Source: Centroscyllium fabricii | Lineage: Eukaryota | DNA: 64,000 nucleotides | Direction: 5' to 3' | Assembly: GCA_051313645.2 (NCBI GenBank) | Contig: JBNRSN020000012.1 | Span: 143,530,001 to 143,594,000, forward strand | Shown: one piece after another, positions 1 through 11,043 of the stretch | How positions within the stretch are numbered: the first letter of the stretch is position 1 | How the letters are laid out: each line of letters starts with the position of its first letter | The notes under the pieces: generated by a model | Told to the model about the DNA's origin: nothing | What the model saw: only the letters and a program-made list of their open reading frames with translations | Databases searched by the model: none | Translations under genes and position numbers: made by a program

Positions 1-1130
1 ATACATATATCAGAATGCTGTTTATTGACTACAGCTCAGCATTCAACACTATCGTCCCCAGCAAGTTGTCTACCAAACTCCTCTCCCTCGGCCTGAACAC
101 CTCCCTCTGCAACTGGACCCTGGACTTCCTAACCAACAGACCACAGTCTGTGAATTTAGGCAACCTCACCTCCCCCCCCTTACCCTGAACACGGGGGCCC
201 CACAAGGCTCTGTGCTGAGCCCCCTCCTCTACTCCCTCTTCACCCACGACTGTGCGGTTGTCCACGGCTCCAACACGATCAGCAAGTTTGCGGACGACAC
301 CACGGTGGTTGGCCAGATCACCAACAACGATGAGTCAGCCTACAGGGATGAGATTCAGCGCCTTGTGGGATGGTGTGCCGATAACAACCTGGCAATGAAC
401 ACCAAGAAAACCAAGGAGATCATAGTGAACTTCCGGAAGACTAAAAGCAGAAGACACCCCCCCCATCTTCATCCAAGGGGCTGACGTGGAAAGGGTGTCC
501 AGCTTCAAGTTCCTCGGGGTCTACATCTCAGAAGACCTCTCCTGGTCACTAAACACCTCCTCTCTGATTAAGGCTGCCCAACAGCGCCTGTACTTCCTAA
601 GGAAGCTGAAAAAAGCCAAGCTGTCATCCGGCATCCTCACCAACTTCTACCGCTGCACAATCGAAAGCATACTGACAAGCTGCATCACAGTCTGGTATGG
701 AAACTGCACCATCTCGGACCGGATGGCCCTGCAGCGGGTAGTCAAAACTGCCCAACAAATCACCGGCACCCAGCTACCGTCAATCGAATACACCTACCTG
801 AAAACGTTGCCTACGGAGGTCTCTGAACATTATTAAAGACCTCACACACCCTAGCCACAGTCTGTTCGCCCCCCTGCCCTCCGGGAGACGCTACAGATCA
901 ATCCGCACCCGCACGACCAGATTCAAGAACAGCTTCTTCCCCAGGGCTGTCAACCTCCTGAACTCTAACAAAAAACTTCAGTATCTGCACATCTGAAATG
1001 TACTTTACTGTATGCAATTGTATGTAACTTATTTTCACTACTCTCGGGAGAGTCGAGTCTTCGTTTCGTTGTATTGTACTAGTACTCTGCAATGACATTG
1101 AAAATTGAATTGAATTGAAAATTGAATTGA
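1..1130 (+). mobile_element. Rex1/Babar-type non-LTR retrotransposon, 3' part (RT domain, frameshifted)
   Basis: Translates to [53 protein letters not shown] and YRCTIESILTSCITVWYG (ORFs 212-484, 486-836); ends in an (AATTG)n tail at ~1103-1130. Confidence 0.9.
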
Positions 1131-1134
1131 AAAG

Positions 1135-1880
1135 AAAAAGTTTGGAGTGTCTGAGGACCTTTAAAAGAGCAAGGATACAAATTTAGAATTGTTCAGAAAA
1201 TTATTAATGACTGCTGCATGTGCAAGAAGAGTTATTAAGATTGTAAAGAGACTAGAGAATAAAACATTGCAAGAGGCTGAAAGAATCAGCCTCGTCTCAG
1301 TCGTGAGTAGAAGACCGAGGGGAGAATATGATTCAAATGAATAAGGCCCAAGGATGTATAATAATAATTCCCACTTTATTGTTATTATACAATGTACAAG
1401 TACATGAACAATGAAATGTGATCTTGCAAGCTCCCAAGAGTCCAGCAAAGCCGCTGCGTCTGTGCGCGCTGCCATTCCATCTTTCCATCATTCCGACAAT
1501 CTTCAGCCAACCGCCCCTCCCCAGGGCTCCTTTCGTGACCTTCTGCACCTGGTATTCCCTGGTGGACACCCATCCAAGTACTAACCAGGCCTGGGCCTGC
1601 TTAGCTTCCAAGCCTTGCCAGTGACCCTGTCCCGAGTACCAGGAACAGGGCGAGGGCTAATAGTTTTGACACCAGATAGCAGGGGCCACAAGTCTAAGCT
1701 GAAAAGAGGTGGATTCAGGTGACATGTATGGGACCATCACTTCACTGAGAGGATGGTCAGCTTTTGCAACAGTTTAATGAGGGAAGTTGCATGGGCAAGT
1801 AGCCGAGATTGCTTCACGGTAAAAGTGCATAAGCATCTTGAAAAGAAGCAGATTCCCAGACACACCTGCTAGGACAGCAG
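1135..1880 (+). mobile_element. Degraded CR1 LINE 3' fragment, interrupted at ~1360-1657
   Basis: Decayed matches to CR1 C-terminal coding sequence (AGAAGACCGAGGGGAGAATATGATTCAA; GGGGCCACAAGTCTAAGCTG; CACTGAGAGGATGGTC) on both sides of the insert. Confidence 0.5.
1363..1657 (-). mobile_element. 5S rRNA-derived SINE (SINE3-like) with Rex1-like 3' tail
   Basis: Minus strand 1610-1539 reads TGGAAGCTAAGCAGGCCCAGGCCTGGTTAGTACTTGGATGGGTGTCCACCAGGGAATACCAGGTGC (3' half of 5S rRNA with box A and box C); tail 1373-1434 resembles the Rex1 tail at 58564-58629; possible TSD TAATA. Confidence 0.7.
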
Positions 1881-2389
1881 GAAGGTTGGGATTTGGGCCC
1901 AACATTCCTGCTAAGCTGCGTGGACACGCAGCGATCTGGAGGTCCTGCGCAAGCAGAATCCACCACCCGTCCTGGCCCCAAGCCAGTGACCCGGTGCCAA
2001 ATGCCAGGCAGGGGCAGGGAGATGCATAATCGGAGAAAGAGTGACACCCGCTTCACACCACCGGCTGCAATTTCAGGGCAGCGCCAGGAGACCTGCCGGA
2101 ATTGATGACCTTTCCCCGGGTAAAGGTTTCGGGTCTCTTCAGGCTCCCAGCAGGGCTCATTCCAGCCCACTGAGGGCTTAATGGACAAATTTCCAGAGGT
2201 AGTTGCTAGACAGGCCCCCTTGATGTGAGGGGGAGGATCTGCCAGTGGCACCCACCCCCCTCACCGCGGTGACATTTAAAGGGTCGCAGCAAACGGAGTG
2301 GAATCTCTGTATAACCCCCAAATTCCTGACCCCCTGGGGGAAAGTTAGGTTGTCTGCCTTCCCCAGCCCCCTGGAATTTCAGAATCTGT

Positions 2390-3192
2390 GGGGGGGATTT
2401 TTATGTCCCCGTGAGGCGGGGTTTTGGGTGGCCTGGCCGGCACAATAGCAGAAACGACAAGTCCCGCCCCTCCCCGCCTTATCCCTGCCGCTTTCTCATT
2501 TTCGCCCGCCCAGATTCCCCGCCCCGAAACCTTCCCACCGCCGACCGGTGGGGATGGGTTGTCACCTCGTTAAGGGCCCTTAATTGGCATCTTTAATGTC
2601 ATTTTAAGGGCCCTCAGCCATTTTGCCCTGTTTCCCGCCCTAATCCCGCCACCCTAAACCCCCAGCGGGAGCACAGCGCTAGTCATTACTGTTGGACTAT
2701 AACCTGGTGTTGTGTGACTTGTTGCATTTATTACTTTCTCCTTCAAGGTGTGAAGGACATGCTGCCAAAAGCTTGGCATGCCTCCAGCACCGTTCTGGCT
2801 GCAGCAGCAGCTCTGAGCAGAAACTGAGCAATCTCAGCTCTGAACATGTCCTCACAGCCGCTGCGAGCTGAGGGGGATTCTGAGCCCGCCCGCCCACCAG
2901 TCAGTCACCAGCACTTGGCCTTTCCCATTGGCTCCACTCAACTGTGATGTCACAGTGGAGTGTTTCCATGGGAACTGACAACAACTAGTGCTGGAACTGT
3001 CAATCAAACTGCTCGCAGCCCCACTGCAGCCCAACTCGATTGACATAATCACCTCCCGCAGCCGCCGACGGGGATTTAACAACCTAATTAAACTAAAATT
3101 GCATGGCCTTCCCAGCTGTTTGGGCGGGCGGGACCGGAAGCCGCCCAGACCAATCCCCGCCAGGTTCCTGCTCTTCCGGCAAAATCGCCCCC
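2390..3192. mobile_element. Non-autonomous PIF/Harbinger-type TIR element, nested in another GC-rich repeat (~1895-3280)
   Basis: TIR GGGGGGGATTTT / AAAATCGCCCCC; 3-bp TSD TGT; both ends homologous (reverse orientation) to 52380-53179. Confidence 0.75.
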
Positions 3193-3875
3193 TGTGTTTC
3201 TATGTTGCCCTCGGCTGTGAGAGACCGACACAATGGGAGCCGGTGCCTGAACGCCACTATAAAAGCAGCAAGTATTGCACAAGGCCAGTCTGCAGACCGA
3301 ATCTGGTGCAATCAATATAAGGAGGCGATACAGGAGACACGACTTTCTGTCTGGGGATTTGAAGGGATACAGTGCAACATACCTTTGCACAAAGAAAGCA
3401 AAAATCGTGCCAGTGACCTTCCAAAACAGATTTACAGAAATAATAAGAAGGAGGAAGGAATTTATGTCTTAAAATTCAATACAACTAAATCCATACAAAT
3501 CAAGCAAAAGGACCACAGTATAGACTCGGAATTTTCAATATTGCATGACCTGTGCTTTTGCCCAGCAATAGTTGAAAGGGGCAAAAAATAATAATGCACC
3601 CATCTTCTCTGATGATTCACACAGCTTGTGACATTAGAATTCTAGAGAAAGTTAGGTGGCAGCACAGCTTCTGCAGGAGGTCATTCATGGTTATCCACTA
3701 TTGTGACAATGGGATTGCTGGGATTACAACACTTAAGGTTTTAGGTTGGTGCAAAGTGAGTAAATGGAGCGACACTTTCTCCACCAGAGCATCGTACTCT
3801 GCTTCACTCTCGTCAGGTCAGACCTCAACTCCAGATTCAGCCGGAGTTTACACTACAAGTGCAGCACTGGTGCAA

Positions 3876-4210
3876 AAGAAAGACTTGCATTTCCACAGCG
3901 CCTTTCATAACCTTAGGATGCCCAAGTTCCCACAAACAGCAATGAAATAAATGATCAGATAATCTGTTTTTGGCGGTGCTGGTTGAGGGATTAGCCAGAA
4001 CATCGGGGAGAACTCCCCTGCACTTCTTCGAATAGTGCAATGGGGCAGACGGGACCACATTTGAAACATGGCACTTCCAACAGTGCAACACTCCCTCAGT
4101 ATTGCACCAGAGTGTCAGCTTATTTATGTGCTCAAATTGCTGCAATGGGGCTTGAACCTATGACCTTCTGACTCAGAATCGAGAGCGCCACCCACTGAGC
4201 CAAGGCTGAC
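3876..4210 (-). mobile_element. tRNA-derived Deu-type SINE (SacSINE1-like)
   Basis: Reverse complement of the 17846-18293 family: tRNA-like head (GAGTCAGAAGGTCATAGGTTCAAG) and GAAATGCAAGTCTTTC tail. Confidence 0.7.
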
Positions 4211-5194
4211 AAAGTGGAGCCATCTCCCGATGACCGCTTGGCTGCAGTATTAATACACTGGCATATCAGTTAACCTGATGCCACCACAACAAAACACAGT
4301 TCTCTCTCACTATATAATTTGGTCTTAAAGCATAACAAATCCCATCTGTAATGATGGTCTTTGGTCCTGCCTGTAGGTATCTTCTAGATGGCTGTTGTCC
4401 CAACACGTCGCTGAACCTGAATTGTTCATTTATCAAGTTGCAAAGTGAGTGCAGCGGGGACAAGCAAGGGCTTGGGTCATCATCTTTCTTGCATCAACAC
4501 AATCTCAGATCCAATGTTTATGCCAATTAGTCACTGTATGTAGATTAAATTAAACAAAATTGAATCAAATTAAATTAAATTACAACAAAGCTGTTGGTAA
4601 TGACTACCACTGAGAGTCCTCCAGCAGAACTGAATGGCCATGAAGGACTTAGCTCAGATCAGTAGCCACTGGAGCCAGTGCAGACACCACTATTTTGATC
4701 AATAACATGTTTCAAAGAACAAAAAGAAATACTATTTTGAACTCGTGGACTCTCATTATTATTTTTTTACAAATATTGAACATTCTTCTAATTCCTTTGG
4801 TCTCATAACAGGGACGCGCCTGAAGATTGCAGGTTCTTCAATGCGACGAGAGTGGGGCACACCCGCTTCCTCCTGGTGGGAAAGCCGAGGCAGCTTCACC
4901 ACTCGGGCCCCTGGTTAAAACTGCACCAGGGTTGGTCCCGATTTGCTTCATTTGTGAGGCTTCCACCCGCAAAAGCCCTGCAGGTTAATACCTGAACTGG
5001 TCGGGATCTGAGTGGGCAAGTTACTTGCTCATCTTTAACTGCCGGGCGGGTAGGGATAAGATTGACGCCAGATGTCAGCCGCGCAGTAACCCGCTCACCG
5101 GCTTTTACTGTGCAAGTCCTGCACATGTGCAGAAATTTAAAGGGACCGCACATTAAAAGAAACAGACCACGCAGAACAAAGCGCAGCTTCCAGG

Positions 5195-5545
5195 GAACAT
5201 TGGTGATGAGCCTATATAAAACCGTTATAAGACTGTGCGCAGTATTGGGCTCCACACTACAGGGAGAATATTGAGGCCTTAGAGAGGGTACAACACAGAT
5301 TCTGTAGATTACTGCCTCGTATGAAGAAATACAAACACGAAGAAAGACTTGAAAAATGTGGTCTTTTTTATTACAACAGAGTGTGGTGCAATGGGATAGT
5401 AATGTTTAAAATTATGAAAGAATGGGACAGGATAGATAGAACCAGACTGTTCCAGTAGTTGAAGGGTCAAGAACAAGGGGTCATGGATATAAAATTAAAT
5501 GCAAGAGATTTAGAACAGAGAGCAAGAGAAACGTCTTTACACGCC
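5195..5545 (+). mobile_element. Degraded CR1 LINE fragment
   Basis: MSLYKTVIRL...ALERV-like coding remnant. Confidence 0.65.
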
Positions 5546-5691
5546 TGTGCACTTTATAGCAGGGATCAATGAAGAGTGAATAAGGAGGGGAATCTCATAC
5601 TGGTCTTCCTCAATGTCAAAACATGGGCACTGAAGGAAATGTTTATCCCCCAGCATAGGCTAGATATCAAACCTAGCACTGTGTTACCTTA

Positions 5692-5895
5692 AATAAAAAC
5701 AGAAAATGCTGGGAACACTCAGCAGGTCAGGCAGCATCTGTGGAGGGAGAAACAGAGCTCACGTTTCAGACAATGACCCTTTCATCGACCTGAAATGTTA
5801 ACTCTGTTCCTCTCGCCACAGATGCCGCCTGACCTACACATTGTTTCCAGCATTTTCTATTTTATTTCAGATTTCCAGCATCCGCAGTATTTTAC
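5692..5895. mobile_element. Penelope-like element terminal remnant forming an inverted repeat
   Basis: AAAATGCTGG..CAGCATCTGTGG..ACGTTTCAG followed by its reverse complement; same motif flanks the GIY-YIG-bearing copy at 47385-47998. Confidence 0.7.
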
Positions 5896-5915
5896 TTTTG
5901 TAATGGTATCATCTT

Positions 5916-6302
5916 GCGGCACGGTGGCACAGTGGTTAGCACTGTTGTCTCACAGCACTGGAGACCCGGGTTCAAATCCAGCCTCGGGTACTATCTGTGT
6001 GGAGTTTGCACATTCTCCCCGTGTCTGCGTGGGTTTCCTCCGGGTGCTCCGGTTTCCTCCCACAGTCCAAAGATGTGCGGGTTAGATAAATTGACCCTTA
6101 GTGTTAGGGGGATTGAATATGTGGGGTTACGGGGATAGGGTGGGATATGTGTCGATGCAGGCTCGATAGGGATATGGGGAGAGGGCAGGGGCGGGATACT
6201 GGGTTTGGATGATCAGCCATGATCTCATTGAATGGCGGAGCAGGCTCGAAGGGCCGAATGGCCTACTCCTGCTCCTAGTTTCTGTGTTTCTATGTTTCTA
6301 TG
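5916..6302 (+). mobile_element. HE1 (V-SINE family) SINE, tail type A
   Basis: tRNA-like A/B boxes (GGTGGCACAGTGGTTAGC, GGTTCAAATCC), V-core (GGGTTTCCTCCGGGTGCTCCGGTTTCCTCCCACA), CR1-type tail ending (TTTCTATG)n. Confidence 0.9.
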
Positions 6303-6346
6303 CTCTGTGTGGCAATCAAAAGGCGACTTAATGAATTAATCACCAT

Positions 6347-6741
6347 GGGGAGTTTCCGCTAATTGCGCACATTTGCAGGCCTTCAGGGAGGCTCCAAAAA
6401 TTAAGCTGGTTTGTTTGGGTGCAAGGACACTAATAGGAATGTTTTAAAAGTTTTTAAAAATGACTAAGAAACTGACTACTGTACACCAATATAACTAGAA
6501 AACGGTTCTGTATATGTTTTAAAAATAATTTTCTGTAATTTAAAATCAGGTTACTCACAGGTGGTGGATTGACACTGTGATTTAAAATTCATATCTTTTG
6601 TGATAAACCCATTTTCGGATATATTAATCAAACTTTGCCTATCTATCACTCTTAAATATATCAAGGAATAGGTTTTTAAACAAAAACAGGCGGAATTTGT
6701 GCCAGAATCGCCGATTGTGCCCGAAACGGAAACTCTACCCC
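6347..6741. mobile_element. MITE-like TIR element
   Basis: GGGGAGTTTCCG at left and CGGAAACTCTACCCC at right; AT-rich core. Confidence 0.5.
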
Positions 6742-7239
6742 TATATTTCTATTTCCATGACTTGCCAAGCTATCAAAAACTTGCCGATGATAAAGAACAC
6801 CATCTCACTAAAAGAATACAGACTTGACAGCGTGGACAGGTTCACAAAGCAACTGATTCCATTTCTTTGCGGTTCCTCAGGTTTACGGGCCCAGAAAATA
6901 AACTCTAATTAAAATAACATTCTGATTTGCTAAAAATAAAAACAGAACCACAGCAACCAAGAACAAATTGTTTCAACCTTGAAACCTGCGTTGCATCCAG
7001 CAAAAAATCACAACAAATATGTTTATGTGTTCCTCCCACAGTGTGCAATCAAAATGCACAAAGGCTTCATTAAATATATGTGTGAATGTAAACTCAGCAA
7101 GAAAACATACCAAACAAGACATGCATTCAATACACTGCCCAAAATAACTCAGTAAATGTTTCTTACTGTAGTTTTTCTCAAACAGATACAGAAATCTTTT
7201 TCCAAACTAAAATGAACCATATTAACAACTTAAGTCTTC

Positions 7240-7590
7240 GGCTTCCCCAACTGGCTCAAAAAGTAAACTCATCATCTCTGGGCCCTAAGCATCAAAACGA
7301 GGTCAGGTTTGATCCCTGGTCCGTGCTGAGTTAGTTGATCCACCAGGGCAGCAGTAGATGGCCACAGTTACTCCTATGTTCGAAAAGGACAAGTCACCCA
7401 AGGTCACTCCTGATCACCATCAAGTAACTCTTGCTGGAAAGTGCCTGTGTGGCCATTGATGACAGGATTGCGGGTCTGCTGTGATGCTCTCCACATTTGG
7501 ATAATTGTCCAGCACTCACCATCAGATCTCACATACAGATAATGGCTACTTGGAAGAGGCACTGGAAGGAAACCACTACCTGTGAGTAAG
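7240..7590 (+). mobile_element. Ancient tRNA-derived SINE (AmnSINE2-like); other copies ~10745-11040(-), ~27940-28060(+), ~33500-33800(-), ~36015-36300(+)
   Basis: CCCTGGTCCGTGCTGAGTTAGTTGATC..GGCAGCAGTAGATGGC..CTCCTGATCAC..GCTGGAAAGTG..GACAGGATT..CTGTGATGC recurs in the window; family name from memory of the consensus. Confidence 0.55.
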
Positions 7591-9104
7591 CACCTGGGAG
7601 TGTGTGGGCGCGGTGGGGGGGGGAGGGGGGAGCTCGCTAGGATATCTTGCACCATTTGAGAACAATTATGTTAAAATACCATTTGCTGCTTTTGGACAGT
7701 ATTTTTTTTTCATAGTTTGACTTCTTCTGTGCCTGGAGCCTTGTACTAGATAAAGAGAACAGAACTTAAATCAAACTTACCTGAAATACGAAGGTGAGGA
7801 CAGCATGTAATGTTGAGGAAGATCAGCAACCAGCAACCGTCAACAGGGACCGAGAAGAGAAAGAGAGGAAAAAGCAACACATTTAGAAAATGCAAGCTGG
7901 ATACAATTCAATGCATTCTTTTAGAACATTCTGTCTGAGCATACACATGAAGGATGGTCATTTGGGTGAGGTATTGAATGGCGCCAACTGACCATGAAAT
8001 TGTACCCCAGAAAGGACACCTTCAAGGATGGAGAGAAGAAAGCAGCGAGGATAATATAGCTAGGGAGACAAGTCACAACTCTTGTAGCATCACACATCAC
8101 CAGCAGGCATAGAGAGACACACTTGGTGAAAAATCTTGTAAGACACTTGACCATATCAACACCGCCTCTTCAAAATGCAGGCTGGATATTTGCCCAAATG
8201 AAAATCCAGCATCATTTGCAAGAGTCATTTAAGGACTCACAGTTCAAATATTGCCCAAGTTTTCCGTGGCTTAGCTCAGACTGCCATACATTTGCCACTC
8301 AATCTGGCAGCTTCAGCCTTGGCAGGTCACAGGATAAAGGACAGGAAATTGTTGATTTTACATGTCACAATTGAATGAAATTCTCCTTGGTTCTGCTCCA
8401 GAGAATACATTATCCAACATCTCCCAACTGGGACAGCTTCTGTAACATTCACAATTCAGGTTGCATGGGTTTGATTCTCTACCCATTGTCAGAGCAGTGG
8501 GTGGCAGACAATCCAGCACTCTGTCCTACGCTGTGTCAGAAAGCACTACCAGCTAGTAGGCACAAATAAGCTTTTTAAAAGATTTCTATGCAGATTTGCC
8601 AGTGACAGGGAATCTTCCAATAGCCGAGTGCTGTAAGGCCCATTCAGAAGATGCAGACAAAGATTTTGACTCTTCTGCATTCTTCAATGCTGAAGAACCT
8701 CTAAATATCCCAAACCTCTGGCATACAGGCACAGATAAACTGTTTTACTGGTTTCATCAAGATCTGCAGACATGGCATTCAGAATGCTGTGACTTTGGGG
8801 AAGTTTGTAAATGCTGTTTTTAGTGTCTCATTGAGGCAATTAAACAGCATCAAGCATCTGTCATCCATTATCTCGACTTTGCTGGAAGTTCACTCAAACA
8901 GCTGATTAAAACCAGCTCTGAAAGTCTGATGGGCCCACCCTGAAAACCACCAGATGACTCCCAAATCACAGCAAATTGAACTAGACCGCGGGGAGGGGTG
9001 ATGAACATTCCCTCCATTCATTTGATGTTCAATGAGCAAAATTGTTGTTGCGCAATTTCTAAAGGGGGACCTTTCGCTAAAATAATATTAAAGATAACGT
9101 GGAG

Positions 9105-9275
9105 AATTACATAGAATGTAAAGTGCAGAAACAGGTCAATCGGCCCAACTGATCCATGCCAGTGGTTCTGCTCCATATCAGCCTCCTTCCACTCCACTCC
9201 TCTTCATCTAACCCCATCAGCATGACCTTCTATTCCTTTCTCCCTCATGTGCTTCCCCTTAAATGCATCAATACT
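9105..9275 (-). mobile_element. CR1 3' tail fragment
   Basis: CATAGAAT..CAGAAACAGG..GGCCCAAC..CCATGCC reverse-complement tail typical of shark CR1. Confidence 0.6.
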
Positions 9276-9346
9276 CATAGGATGGTATAATTTTGCAGTT
9301 TTGTATTTCTCAGTTTCTCTCCCGTATAGACAGTGATTTTTGCTTA

Positions 9347-9910
9347 AGGCCCTGTCACACCTAGACGTTTTAGCCAGCCTATGCAAATGAGGCTAAAACG
9401 CTGAACTTTCGACACTTTTTTCAATTTTTGGAGTATTGGACGTATGCATAACGTATGCGTAACGTATTAGTAACGTACACAGAGCGTATCAATAACGAAT
9501 GCTTAGCGTTCACAACTTATGCCCAACGATAGTCTAACGTATGCATAGCGCGCGGCAGCGTATCGCCGACGTTTTAGATAAATTTAGAAAAAATTGGAAA
9601 ACGCTAGCTTTAAATCGTCAAGGTGTGACAGGGCATGACAGGGGCAAGGTAATGTGTGTTTAACGATCGCCTAACGTGCCTACAACGTATGTCCAGCGTA
9701 TGCGGAACGTATAAATCGTAACATTTATACGTCGTGATTTTTTGTGCATGCACAAAAAATCACGACTTATACGACTTATACAACTTATGGCCAGCGTATG
9801 CCAGCGTGCTCTTAACGTATGCATAACGTACCCATAACTTGTCCAACGTATACCAGCGTATCGGCCAAATTTGCATACGCAAGCTAAAACGTCAAGGTGT
9901 GACAGGGCCT
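9347..9910. mobile_element. PIF/Harbinger-like MITE with ACGTAT/GCGTAT motif array
   Basis: TIR AGGCCCTGTCACACCT.GACGTTTTAGC at both ends; TSD TTA (9344-9346, 9911-9913). Confidence 0.85.
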
Positions 9911-9964
9911 TTATATTTATTGGTGGCCCTTGGTACCTCACCCGAGCAGCCATTCTTGATCTTG

Positions 9965-10740
9965 AGAACATAAGAAACAGGAGCAGGAGTCAGCCAATCA
10001 GCCCCTCGAGCCTGCTCCACCATTCAATAAGATCATGGCTGATCCAATCTTGCCCTCAGCACCACTATCCGGCTCTCTCCCCATACCCCTTGACTCCCTT
10101 GTAGTTCAAATGTCTGTCAATCTCCGCCTTGAATATATTCAATGACTCCACCTCCACAGCTCTCTGGGGTAGAGAATTCCAAAGATTCACGACCCTCAGA
10201 GAAGAAATTCCTCCTCATCTCCGTCTTAAATGGGTGACCCCTTATTCTGAAACTATGCCCCCTAATTCTAGATACCCCCACTAGGGGACACATCCTCTCA
10301 GCATCCACTCTGTCAATCCCCCTCAGAATCTTATATGTTTCTTCTAAACTCGAGAGTATAGACCCAACCTGCTCAACCTTTCATCATACATCAACCATAC
10401 AGTCCAAAGATGTGCGGGGTTAGGTTGATTGGCCAGGATAAATTGACCCTTAGTGTTAGGGGGATTGAATATGTGGGGTTACGGGGATAGGGTGGGATAT
10501 GGGGAGAGGGCAGGGGCGGGTACTGGGTTTGGATGATCAGCCATGATCTCATTGAATGGCGGAGCAGGCTCGAAGGGCCGAATGGCCTACTCCTGCTTCT
10601 AGTTTCTATGTAACCCTTTCACCTCAGGAATCAACCTCATGAACCTTCTCTGTACTGTCTCCAATGCAAGTATATCCTTCCTTAAATATGGAGACCACAA
10701 CTGTACGCTATACTCCAGGTGTGGTCTCACCAGCGCCCTG
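9965..10740 (-). mobile_element. CR1 (HER1-like) 3' fragment interrupted by a truncated HE1
   Basis: ORF 10117-10308 SRIRGHSFRIRG..RRNFFS; type A tail at 9965-10090. Confidence 0.85.
10399..10610 (+). mobile_element. 5'-truncated HE1 SINE, tail type A
   Basis: Near-identical to the 3' half of 5916-6302. Confidence 0.85.
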
Positions 10741-11043
10741 TAATCTTTACCCAGTCAGTGATTGTCAGCAGCCTATTCAACTGTAGAAGGCATCACAGCC
10801 AATTTTGATGCTGACCAGACATGCTCGGCTCACAACGTGTTACTGAACAGCGATCAGGTGCGAGAATTTGGGTTGGTTTTCTCCCTCCGCACACTGGCGC
10901 GTCGAGGCTCATTATGAAGTTCTTACCGTCACCCCAACTGAGACCAGTTGACTCTGCACAGCCCTGGGCCTTTCTTGGTCAGTATAACTCAGCCCAACAC
11001 ACTTGAGTGCAATCACCCAGTGGAGTAATCCCTGTATCGTTTC

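Noticed and set aside
1539-1610. Functional 5S rRNA gene
   Set aside because: 5' ~45 nt of 5S absent, several substitutions, no T-run terminator after the 5S part
5916-5990. tRNA gene
   Set aside because: It is the tRNA-derived head of an HE1 SINE
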